NCBI GenBank assembly: GCA_964579735.1
Contig: CAZOHH010000002.1
Span: 4,682-68,681 of the forward strand
Source of the DNA: an uncultured Oscillospiraceae bacterium
GTDB taxonomy: Bacteria; Bacillota; Clostridia; Saccharofermentanales; UBA5734
DNA: 64,000 bases
Reading direction: 5' to 3'
Translations under genes and position numbers: made by a program
In this document: positions 43,737-52,196 of the stretch, piece after piece
Layout of the letters: every line of letters starts with the position of its first letter
Numbering within the stretch: position 1 is the first letter of the stretch
The notes under the pieces: model-generated
What the model was told of the DNA's origin: nothing
Seen by the model: the letters and a program-made list of their open reading frames with translations, nothing else
Databases searched by the model: none

Positions 43737-45110
43737 TTATAGCGTACCCGGAGCCGATGGGATAGGTGGGAGTCGGGTCGCAAGTTCGGAGGCCGCGGCA
43801 AGGGAGGTTTCGATGATGGACCGGATCTTGTCCTCCTTCTTGCGGTACCGTTCCTCGGGAAGCTGAATCAGCCCGAAGTTCGCATTCATGGGTGCGAACG
43901 TACGGACGCGCTCGTCGGAGACATAGGCGGCCAGCGCTCCAATCGCGGTTGAAGGGGGTGGAAGGAAGGGGGAAAGACCGAGAAGCCTGCGAGCGAGATT
44001 GACGCCGGCCACTAGACCGGAAGAAGTCGATTCGACGTAGCCTTCGACGCCGGTCATCTGTCCAGCGAAGTAAAGCAGCGGCTTCGGAACCGGCATGCGG
44101 ACTCCGGTAGCCGAATAGTCCGAGGAAAGGAGACCTGGAGAGGAAAGGAACGTATTCCGGTGCATGGCGCCGAATCTTCGGATTTCCGCATTTTCCAGCC
44201 CTGGAATCATCCGAAGGATGCGTAGCTGCTCCTTCTGCTTCAGGCGGGTCTGGAATCCGACGAGGTTGAAGAGGCTCGCCGCGGCATCGTCCTGACGAAG
44301 CTGCACACAGGCATACGGCATCCTGCCGGTCCTCGGGTCGATCAGGCCCACGGGCTTCATGGGACCGAAACGGATGGTATCGAGGCCTCGCAGCGCCATG
44401 GACTCGATGGGCATGCATCCTTCGAAAACGGCCCCTTGTTCGAAATCCTTGATATCCGCAGTCTCGGCCGTCACCAGGGCATGGTGGAAAGCCAGATAGG
44501 TCGGTTCGTCCATCGGGCAGTTGATGTAGTCGTCTCCTCCTTTGCCATAGCGTGAGGCGCGGAAGGCGATGGAGAGATCTATGGAATCCGCAGCGACGAT
44601 CGGGGCGGCGGCGTCGAAGAAATGGAGGACCCCTGAACCGAGGACTCGTGTGATTTCTTCTGCCAGCCGACCTTCCGTCAATGGACCGGTTGCCACGATG
44701 CAAGGCTCGTCGGGAAGGTTTTCCACGAAGCATTCCCGCACTTCGATCAGTGGGTTCGAACGTACGGCGCGCGTGACTGTCTCAGAAAAGCGGTCACGGT
44801 CGACTGCCAGCGCGCCGCCTGCTGGAACGCGGCACTGATCTGCCGCTGCGATCACGAGAGAGCCAAGCATGCGCATTTCCTGCTTGAGAAGACCGACGGC
44901 GTTCTCCAAGCGGTCGGACCGAAGCGAGTTGCTGCATACGAGTTCTGCGAAATCGTCGGAGTGGTGGGCTGGGGTCTTTCGTCCCGGCTTCATCTCAAGC
45001 AGGACGACGTGGATTCCATGGCGCGAGAGCTGCCATGCGGCTTCGCAACCGGCGAGGCCTGCGCCTAAAACGGTTGCAGACGTTAAGGATTGGGAACCGG
45101 ATTCACTCAT
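43737..45110 (-). CDS. trmFO: Methylenetetrahydrofolate--tRNA-(uracil54-C5)-methyltransferase TrmFO
   Basis: VLGAGLAGCEAAWQL..AELVCSNSLRS..FAGQMTGVEGYVES. topA-trmFO synteny. Confidence 0.93.
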   Translation of the reverse strand: MSESGSQSLTSATVLGAGLAGCEAAWQLSRHGIHVVLLEMKPGRKTPAHHSDDFAELVCSNSLRSDRLENAVGLLKQEMRMLGSLVIAAADQCRVPAGGALAVDRDRFSETVTRAVRSNPLIEVRECFVENLPDEPCIVATGPLTEGRLAEEITRVLGSGVLHFFDAAAPIVAADSIDLSIAFRASRYGKGGDDYINCPMDEPTYLAFHHALVTAETADIKDFEQGAVFEGCMPIESMALRGLDTIRFGPMKPVGLIDPRTGRMPYACVQLRQDDAAASLFNLVGFQTRLKQKEQLRILRMIPGLENAEIRRFGAMHRNTFLSSPGLLSSDYSATGVRMPVPKPLLYFAGQMTGVEGYVESTSSGLVAGVNLARRLLGLSPFLPPPSTAIGALAAYVSDERVRTFAPMNANFGLIQLPEERYRKKEDKIRSIIETSLAAASELATRLPPIPSAPGTL

Positions 45111-47448
45111 CTTTCTTCGCGCGCTTGATGATCGTCGAACAGTCGCGGTTGCCGCATTGCGGCTTGCCGCCGCGTCCCTTGAAGCTGTGCCAGACCATGT
45201 AGCTCCCGCAGACTTCGCAGGTCTTCCCTTCCATCGGAAGGTCCCAGCTGATGAAGTCGCACTCGGCGTTGGTTCCTTTTCGGTCGCAGGTGAAGAACCG
45301 CTTGCCCTTGAACTTCTTCGATACCTTGACCACCAGACCTGATCCGCATTTCGGACAGTTGCCCTTGACGGACTGGTCGATGTTTCGGGTGAACTTGCAG
45401 GTCGGATAGAGGGAACAGGACAGGAACTGTCCGTATCGGCTCTCCCTCAGGAGCAAGTCGCCTTCCCCGCAGGTCGGGCATTTCTCGCCGGTGGGCTGGC
45501 CCTTCGTTTTCTCGGCCTCCGCCGGGTCGATGCTCCCATCCGCCAGGGTCTTCGGGATCTTTTCGGTATGCTTGCAGGTCGGATACTTCGAACAGCTGAT
45601 GAATCGGCCGAAACGGCCCTCCTTGAAGAGGAGGTCTCCCTCTCCGCAGGTCGGGCACTTCCTGCCGACGGGTTCGGCCTCGGGGCCCTTCGCGTCCTGT
45701 GCCTTCAGCACCAGAAGGTGGAAGGCGGGGTAGAATTCGTCGAGTACGGCCACCCAGCCGTTCTCCCCTTCTGCCACCGTATCGAGGCGGGACTCCATGC
45801 GCGCGGTGAACTTCACGTCGACGATATCGAGGAAATTCTCGATGAGATACTCGGTGACCTTGACGCCGAGATCCGTAGGCACCAGATACTTCTTGTCTTT
45901 TTCGATGTAGTTGCGGTCCAGGATCGTGGTCAAGGTCGGCGCATAGGTGGACGGCCGTCCGATGCCCTGCTCCTCCAAGGCCTTGATCAGGGTGGCTTCC
46001 GTGTATCGAGGAGGGGGCTGCGTGAACTTCTGCTCCTTGAGGAGCTCCGCCAGATCGAGTGGCTCGCCTTCTGAAAGCTCGGGAATCTTCTCCTTGCCGA
46101 TCTCCTCGTCGTCGTCCCGATCGTCTTCCTTCTCCACTTCCTTCTCGCCGAATGCGGCGAGGAATCCGTCGAAGCGAGGGGTTTCGCCAACCGCGCGGAA
46201 GACCTGTCGACCTGCGTTCACGTCTACCGTGACCACGTCGAATTCGGCATTCGGCATCTGGGAAGCCAGGAATCTCTCCCAGACCAGGCGGTAGAGCCGG
46301 AACTGGTCGTTGGTCAGCGAGGCGCGTACCGCATCCGGTGAAAGGTCGAAATGGGCGGGTCGGATGGCTTCGTGGGCGTCCTGAGACGTGTTCTTGTTGG
46401 CGTAGCGACGAGGACTCGCGGGGACATAACGGGGGCCATAGGTCGTCTCGATCAATCTCCGCGCTTCGGTGACGGCTTCCTCGGAGATTCGGACGGAGTC
46501 GGTGCGGATGTAGGTGACGAGAGCGATGGTCCCGTGTCCGGCGATGTCCACTCCCTCGTATAGCTGCTGGGCGACGCTCATCGTCTTCTTGGAGGGGAAG
46601 CTCAATCGTCGGGAAGCCTCCTGCTGGAGAGTGCTCGTCGTGAACGGCGGCTGCGGGGAGGGCTTCTTCGTTCCTTTCTTGATCTTGAGAACGGAGAAAG
46701 GCTTGCCCTGGATTTCCTCGAGGATGCGTACTGCGGTTTCCATATCCTCTACACGGGTCTTCTGGGGCACGGATGCGTTCTTATCCTTCTTATCTACAAC
46801 TGAGGACAACTCCCCCTGATATCTTGCCTTGAAGGTCCTCTTCCCGCCCTTCTTCGAAAGAACGGCCGTGAGGACCCAGTATTCCTCCTTGTTGAAGCTC
46901 GTGATCTCCTTTTCGCGGTCCACGACCATGCGGGTCGCAACGGATTGGACGCGTCCGGCACTCAAGCCCTTCCGGACCTTCTTCCAGAGGACGGGGCTGA
47001 GTTCGTAGCCGACGAGTCGGTCGAGGATGCGGCGCGCCTGCTGGGCATTCACCAGATCCATGTCGATTCTGCGGGGTGAGGCGACGGCGGCCTGGACGGC
47101 GGTCTCCGTGATTTCGTTGAAGGAGATGCGGCACGCCTTGTCGTTGGGAATCGAAAGGATTTCGGAGATGTGCCAGGCGATGGCCTCGCCTTCACGGTCG
47201 GGGTCGGTGGCGAGATAGATTTCCTGGGCTTGTTCGGCTTCTTTTCGGAGTTCGGCGACGACCTTCTCCTTGCCTTCCTTGACGACGTATTGCGGAGCAT
47301 AGCTCTTCTTGACATTCACGCCCGTCTTCTTTTCGGGCAAGTCGCGGATGTGACCCACGGACGCCGTGATCCGGTAGTCCTTGCCGAGGTATCGTCCGAT
47401 GGTCTTGGCCTTGGCGGGTGATTCCACGATCACGAGTTTCCTGGTCAT
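45103..47448 (-). CDS. topA: DNA topoisomerase I
   Basis: TOPRIM (LVIVESPAKAKTI), active-site region (TYIRTDS), and four C-terminal Cys4 zinc ribbons (two of the form CPTCGEGDLL..SCS.YPTCK). Confidence 0.95.
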   Translation of the reverse strand: MTRKLVIVESPAKAKTIGRYLGKDYRITASVGHIRDLPEKKTGVNVKKSYAPQYVVKEGKEKVVAELRKEAEQAQEIYLATDPDREGEAIAWHISEILSIPNDKACRISFNEITETAVQAAVASPRRIDMDLVNAQQARRILDRLVGYELSPVLWKKVRKGLSAGRVQSVATRMVVDREKEITSFNKEEYWVLTAVLSKKGGKRTFKARYQGELSSVVDKKDKNASVPQKTRVEDMETAVRILEEIQGKPFSVLKIKKGTKKPSPQPPFTTSTLQQEASRRLSFPSKKTMSVAQQLYEGVDIAGHGTIALVTYIRTDSVRISEEAVTEARRLIETTYGPRYVPASPRRYANKNTSQDAHEAIRPAHFDLSPDAVRASLTNDQFRLYRLVWERFLASQMPNAEFDVVTVDVNAGRQVFRAVGETPRFDGFLAAFGEKEVEKEDDRDDDEEIGKEKIPELSEGEPLDLAELLKEQKFTQPPPRYTEATLIKALEEQGIGRPSTYAPTLTTILDRNYIEKDKKYLVPTDLGVKVTEYLIENFLDIVDVKFTARMESRLDTVAEGENGWVAVLDEFYPAFHLLVLKAQDAKGPEAEPVGRKCPTCGEGDLLFKEGRFGRFISCSKYPTCKHTEKIPKTLADGSIDPAEAEKTKGQPTGEKCPTCGEGDLLLRESRYGQFLSCSLYPTCKFTRNIDQSVKGNCPKCGSGLVVKVSKKFKGKRFFTCDRKGTNAECDFISWDLPMEGKTCEVCGSYMVWHSFKGRGGKPQCGNRDCSTIIKRAKKDE

Positions 47449-47511
47449 CCATCCTCCTGCTCCGTCGTTGTCGCGACCGCTTTCGGTCGCACCTCGTCCG
47501 GCTCGCCTCCC

Positions 47512-47541
47512 TTTATATCCGAATCAAACTCGCTTTGTCAA
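47512..47541 (-). promoter_or_regulatory. Putative topA promoter (-35 TTGACA, 17-18 bp, -10 TATAAA/ATATAA)
   Basis: TTGACA 47541..47536 overlaps the dprA stop codon. -10 at 47517..47512. The leader carries the hairpin GCGACCG-AAAG-CGGTCGC. Confidence 0.45.
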
Positions 47542-48686
47542 AGAACACCCCGTCCTAGCCTATATCTCCCCTTCTCCTTCCTTATCTCTCCTGATAACTC
47601 GAGCTCGAGCAGCAGCATGACCGTTTCTCGAATCCCCAGGCCCAATCTTTCCGAAATCGCGTTGGCATCCAGAAACTCCCCGACAAGCAGGGACAGGACT
47701 CCGGATGCAAAATCCACGATCTTCTCGCAATCCGGAGTGCACGATTCCACATCGCCGAGCATCTTCAACATTCTAAGATTGGAAGGAAGACGCTCGAGAA
47801 TGTCCTCGGCGTCGGTCAAGACGTAGGCCCCTTCCTTCAGCAATTGGTTGGTACCGTCGCTTCGCTCATTGAAGATGCTTCCCGGCACAGCAAATACATC
47901 GCGGCCCTGATCGAGAGCGCAACCTGCCGTAATCATCGTTCCGCTGCGCGAGGCCGCTTCGATGACGGCGGTTGCATCGCATAGACCACTGATGATCCGG
48001 TTTCTTGCCGGGAACAGGTTTGCCTTTGGAGGTGTGCCAGGCGGTTGTTCGCTGAGAAGGACTCCATGACTCATGATACGTTCGGCCAATCCACGATTCT
48101 CTTCTGGATAGATGATGTCTATTCCGCTGGCAAGTACCGCGACCGTGGAACCTCCAGCTTCGAGAGCAGCGGCATGTGCGCAGGTATCGATTCCGCGGGC
48201 GAGACCACTGACGACCAGAATTCCTCTTTTCGTCAGATCGCGAGAAATCCTCTTCGCCGCTTCCTCACCGTAGGGAGTAGGTTGCCTCGTTCCTATGACG
48301 GCCACACTGGGGGTGTCCAGCAGGGACAGATGAGTATCGAGTGCGGTTCTATAGAAGAGCACGGGGGGTGGCGAAGGGATATGAAGAAGTCGTTCGGGAT
48401 ACCCCTCGTCCAGATACCATACCGCATACGCATTGATTGCCTGCAGTTGCTCCGCTGCATGGATGGCGGCGTCACGGCTCCTACCCCCGTCGAGGAAGCG
48501 GTTGAAGGATTCGATGGTTTCGGGAGGCCCTCCGACCGCTTCGCGAAGGCGTTTATCCGATGCATCGAAGATCGCATCCGGTCCTCCTACGAAGGATGTC
48601 ATCCGTTTGACCGCTGCGCCACCGATCTTCGCTCTGGATATCATCGTCGAAATCCAGATTCGAGCGGCGAGTCGTTGTTCGCTCAT
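47538..48686 (-). CDS. dprA: DNA processing protein DprA (Smf)
   Basis: VAVIGTRQPTPYG..VVSGLARGIDTCAH..NRIISGL. ATG 48686 overlaps the comM stop (ATGA). The track extension to 49175 overlaps comM and is rejected. Confidence 0.9.
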   Translation of the reverse strand: MSEQRLAARIWISTMISRAKIGGAAVKRMTSFVGGPDAIFDASDKRLREAVGGPPETIESFNRFLDGGRSRDAAIHAAEQLQAINAYAVWYLDEGYPERLLHIPSPPPVLFYRTALDTHLSLLDTPSVAVIGTRQPTPYGEEAAKRISRDLTKRGILVVSGLARGIDTCAHAAALEAGGSTVAVLASGIDIIYPEENRGLAERIMSHGVLLSEQPPGTPPKANLFPARNRIISGLCDATAVIEAASRSGTMITAGCALDQGRDVFAVPGSIFNERSDGTNQLLKEGAYVLTDAEDILERLPSNLRMLKMLGDVESCTPDCEKIVDFASGVLSLLVGEFLDANAISERLGLGIRETVMLLLELELSGEIRKEKGRYRLGRGVL

Positions 48687-50317
48687 GAGAAGTCTCCATC
48701 CTTCTCCATGGACCGGAAAGCGAATGCTTCGAGAATCTGATTCCGCGAGACCGCTGCCGTTCCATCCAGATCCGCTATGGTCCGTGCGGCACGCAGCATC
48801 TTGTGGAAACCTCTTACACTGAGACCCATTCGTTCCGCTTCCATTGCCGCGGCTGATAGAAGGTCGGGTCCTGCACCAAGTGTCGACTCCAATTCCGCCC
48901 CTGGGATTCGTGAATTCCACCAGGAGCCGAAACGTTCGCCCTTGTTCCGCACTTTCTGGACGGACCATGCTTTTCGGATCCTTTCCTTCATCTGGTCGAT
49001 GCGAAGGTCGCTCGAATGTCTTGCCGTCGCCGCCATTGAAGTGGCGTCCACCTTCCGGATCTCCACTTGAAGGTCCATTCGGTCCATCAGCGGCCCACCA
49101 ATGCGCGAGAGGTACGACCGAATCGCACCTTGACTGCAACGGCAGCCGCCATGCGGCTCGAAGTTCTGTCCGCATGGGCAGGGGTTGGATGCGGCGACCA
49201 GTACGAATTCAGATGGAAAGGTCATATGCACCGCGTTGCGGGACAATCGGACGACACCCTCCTCGCACGGAGTGCGCAGCGTCTCGAGGACATGAGGTTG
49301 GAACTCCGCCACCTCGTCAAGAAAGAGCACCCCCTTATGCGCCAAGGTCGCTTCGCCAGGTTTCGGTCTTCCGCCACCGCCAACGAGTGCCGCCGCCGTC
49401 GCTGTATGATGCGGTGCGCGGAAAGGTCGATCCCTCAACAGACCCACGCTGGGTGGAAGAAGCCCCGCCGCGCTGTAGATCCTGGTGACTTCCATCGCCT
49501 CGTCTTGCTCCAGCACCGGGAGAAGGAACGACAAGAGGGACGCAAGAACGGTCTTCCCCGAACCAGGACTCCCGACCATGAGCAGGTTGTGCATGCCTGC
49601 GGCGGCTATCTCCACGGACCGCAATGCGAAACCTTGCCCCTGGATCACCGGTATGCTTCGGGGCAAGCCTCGTTCCGCTGGAGGAGCCTTCGAAGAGTGC
49701 AGGACTTCACCATCGAAATGTCGACCGGACCAGACATCGATCGCCTCCTTCAAGGTTCGTACCGGGTAGACGGCGATGCCCGCGATCGCTTCCGCCTCGA
49801 GCCGGTTTCCCATTGGGACGATCAATCCCGTCACGCCATTCGATTTAGCCATGCCGGCTCTGCAGATGGCGCCATTCACCGACCTCACCTCTCCAAGAAG
49901 TGAAAGTTCTCCGAAGGACAGCACCTCGCCCTGTTCCATCATCTTCGGGATCTGACCTGATGCGGCCAGCAAGGCAAGCGCCAGGGGAAGGTCGAACCCA
50001 GTTCCTTCCTTGTGTATCCAGGCTGGAGCGAAGTTCGCCGTGATCCTGCCATTCGGGAACTCATATCCGCTGTTGCGCACGGCAGCACGGACCCTCTCCC
50101 TCGATTCCTTCACATCGGAGCCGCATAGGCCGACGATTTCGAATGCCGGAATCCCATTCTGAATCGACACTTCGATCCGGACCAGGATCCCTTCGATTCC
50201 ATAGAGCCCGCTTCCATAGGTTTCCGCGTACCGCCCAGCCAATCGGTCACCCCTTTCTTTCCTGCAAAGATAGGATAGGTCCGGAATCCTTCCTGTGGAC
50301 ACACCGGATACCGACAA
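48683..50317 (-). CDS. comM: Mg-chelatase-like AAA+ ATPase ComM/YifB
   Basis: GIEGILVRIEVSIQNGIPAFEIVGL..VKESRERVRAAV, Walker A GSPGSGKT, LFLDEVAEF. The true start may be a downstream TTG near 50220 (GAAAGGGGTGA SD); uncertain. Confidence 0.85.
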   Translation of the reverse strand: MSVSGVSTGRIPDLSYLCRKERGDRLAGRYAETYGSGLYGIEGILVRIEVSIQNGIPAFEIVGLCGSDVKESRERVRAAVRNSGYEFPNGRITANFAPAWIHKEGTGFDLPLALALLAASGQIPKMMEQGEVLSFGELSLLGEVRSVNGAICRAGMAKSNGVTGLIVPMGNRLEAEAIAGIAVYPVRTLKEAIDVWSGRHFDGEVLHSSKAPPAERGLPRSIPVIQGQGFALRSVEIAAAGMHNLLMVGSPGSGKTVLASLLSFLLPVLEQDEAMEVTRIYSAAGLLPPSVGLLRDRPFRAPHHTATAAALVGGGGRPKPGEATLAHKGVLFLDEVAEFQPHVLETLRTPCEEGVVRLSRNAVHMTFPSEFVLVAASNPCPCGQNFEPHGGCRCSQGAIRSYLSRIGGPLMDRMDLQVEIRKVDATSMAATARHSSDLRIDQMKERIRKAWSVQKVRNKGERFGSWWNSRIPGAELESTLGAGPDLLSAAAMEAERMGLSVRGFHKMLRAARTIADLDGTAAVSRNQILEAFAFRSMEKDGDFS

Positions 50318-50370
50318 TTACCGCGAACCAGGACGGATTTCCTCCCGAAACCCTCATTCATTCGCTGCGT

Positions 50371-50399
50371 TTGCCCCTCGAGGAGAGGTAGTCTATAAT
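50371..50399 (+). promoter_or_regulatory. ychF promoter (-35 TTGCCC, 17 bp, -10 TATAAT)
   Basis: TTGCCC 50371..50376 and TATAAT 50394..50399, 27 nt before the ATG, followed by an AAGGAGGG SD. Confidence 0.5.
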
Positions 50400-50426
50400 T
50401 CCAGAAGAATACAAGGAGGGCACCAC

Positions 50427-51518
50427 ATGCGTCTGGGAATCGTAGGCCTGCCGAACGTCGGCAAAAGCACCCTGTTCAACGCCATCACCCAGGCTGGAGC
50501 GGCCTGTGCGAACTACCCGTTCTGCACCATCGAGCCCAATGTCGGCGTCGTCGCGGTGCCGGACGAACGGTTGGGCCGATTGGCCTTGCTTTATAAGCCG
50601 GAAAAGATCACGCCGGCCGTCATCGAGTTCGTCGACATCGCCGGTCTCGTGCGCGGGGCCAGCAAGGGAGAAGGCCTCGGCAACAAGTTCCTGTCCCATA
50701 TCCGAGAGGTCGATGCGATCGTCCATGTCGTGAGGTGTTTCGAGGATCCTGACGTCATCCACGTCGAAGGTTCCGTCGATCCCCGCCGGGACATCGAGAC
50801 CGTCGACCTGGAACTCGTCCTCGCCGACATGGACTTCATGGAACGTCGCGTCGACCGAACGCGCAAAATGGCCAAGGCAGGGGACCACCAGCTCGCCGAA
50901 GAGCTCGCATGCTATGAACAGATCCTCCACACCCTTGAACAGGGCCATTCCGCCCGCACGATCGAATTCTCGGCGGAAGCCCTGCCGTTCGCCCGGGCGC
51001 TGCCCCTGCTCTCCATGAAGCCGCTCCTATATGCAGCCAACATCGCCGAAAACGAAATCGGGAAGCCCGAATCCGCCGCCGTGGCCATAGTGCGTGGAAT
51101 CGCCGCGTCCGAAGCCGCCGAAGTCGTTGCCATCAGCGCACGCATCGAAGAGGAGATCGCCTCTCTCCCGGAAGAAGAACGCGCTCCGTTCCTGGAGGAA
51201 CTCGGCCTGTCTGACTCCGGTCTCGACCGGATGATCAGGGCGGGATATCATCTTCTCGGCCTGATGTCCTTCCTGACAGCGGGACCGACCGAAGTGCGTG
51301 CCTGGACGATTCCCATCGGCACCAAGGCCCCACAGGCGGCCGGAAAGATCCATACCGACTTCGAGAAGGGATTCATCCGCGCGGAAATCGTCGCCTATGC
51401 AGACCTCATGGCCTGCGGAACGTACGCGGCCGCCCGCGAAAAAGGCCTGGTCCGCTCCGAAGGCCGTGAATACACCATGCAGAACGGAGACGTCGTCCTG
51501 TTCCGCTTCAACGTCTGA
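50427..51518 (+). CDS. ychF: Ribosome-binding ATPase YchF
   Basis: [42 protein letters not shown]-terminal TGS domain ([10 protein letters not shown]). Confidence 0.95.
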   Translation: MRLGIVGLPNVGKSTLFNAITQAGAACANYPFCTIEPNVGVVAVPDERLGRLALLYKPEKITPAVIEFVDIAGLVRGASKGEGLGNKFLSHIREVDAIVHVVRCFEDPDVIHVEGSVDPRRDIETVDLELVLADMDFMERRVDRTRKMAKAGDHQLAEELACYEQILHTLEQGHSARTIEFSAEALPFARALPLLSMKPLLYAANIAENEIGKPESAAVAIVRGIAASEAAEVVAISARIEEEIASLPEEERAPFLEELGLSDSGLDRMIRAGYHLLGLMSFLTAGPTEVRAWTIPIGTKAPQAAGKIHTDFEKGFIRAEIVAYADLMACGTYAAAREKGLVRSEGREYTMQNGDVVLFRFNV

Positions 51519-51563
51519 GCTATTCCGGGTCGGAGGGGGTTCCACACCTTCGAATGGTGGGGT

Positions 51564-52184
51564 CTACTTCTCCTTTGGAAGACGGATGCCCCGCGCGGAC
51601 AGCGTATCGGACAAAAGCACGTCGACGATTCCTTCCAATTCGGAAAGACTCCCGTCGTTCTCGAGTGTCTCATCCGCGAGAGCCAGGTATTCCTCCTGAG
51701 GGATCTGAACGGTGATTCGTCTCACCGCCTCGTCCTCCTTCATTCCGCGGGCTACCAGACGGGAGACGCGGACTCGTTCTGAAGTATGGACGACCCAGAC
51801 TACATCACAGACATCTACGAATCCATTCTTGACGGGAATCGGGACGTCCAGCGCGACGACTTTCACTCCCTTCTCCTTGAGAGCTTCCAATCGCTCCGCC
51901 ATGACGGACAGCACATGCCGGTGAACGATGGCCGAAAGACGATCCAGCGCGGATCGGTCCTTGAAAACAATCGAAGCCATCCCCTTTCGGTCGAGCGATC
52001 CGTCCGGGCGTAATACACGACGACCGAACGAGGCCAGGATTTCCTCCATGGCTCGGCCACCCGAAGCGGTCACCTCATGGGAAATGGCATCCGCGTCGAG
52101 GACCGTCACGCCTTTTGCAGCGACTCGAGCGGCGACCGTTGATTTTCCACTTCCGATTCCACCAGTGATTCCGATGACGAACAT
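51564..52184 (-). CDS. coaE: Dephospho-CoA kinase
   Basis: MFVIGITGGIGSGKSTVA. polA-coaE synteny. Confidence 0.9.
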   Translation of the reverse strand: MFVIGITGGIGSGKSTVAARVAAKGVTVLDADAISHEVTASGGRAMEEILASFGRRVLRPDGSLDRKGMASIVFKDRSALDRLSAIVHRHVLSVMAERLEALKEKGVKVVALDVPIPVKNGFVDVCDVVWVVHTSERVRVSRLVARGMKEDEAVRRITVQIPQEEYLALADETLENDGSLSELEGIVDVLLSDTLSARGIRLPKEK

Positions 52185-52196
52185 ACTATGCTTCTC

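Noticed and set aside
45380-45670. Two near-identical zinc-ribbon modules in topA (CPTCGEGDLL..SCS.YPTCK), as a possible recent internal duplication.
   Set aside because: The protein motif is conserved, but by eye the DNA is only moderately similar. Multiple C-terminal zinc ribbons are normal for TopA.
48687-49175. 5' extensions of dprA (to 49175) and of ispH-rpsA (58626..59429), and the dapB ORF start at 41489.
   Set aside because: The extensions overlap the upstream genes (comM, cmk, dapA) in other frames. The homologous proteins begin at the internal starts that form ATGA/TGATG coupling junctions.
51519-51563. Terminator between convergent ychF and coaE.
   Set aside because: Only a weak 4-6 bp interrupted pairing (CCACACC..TGGTGGGG) is present, with no U-tract. 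Not supportable from sequence alone.
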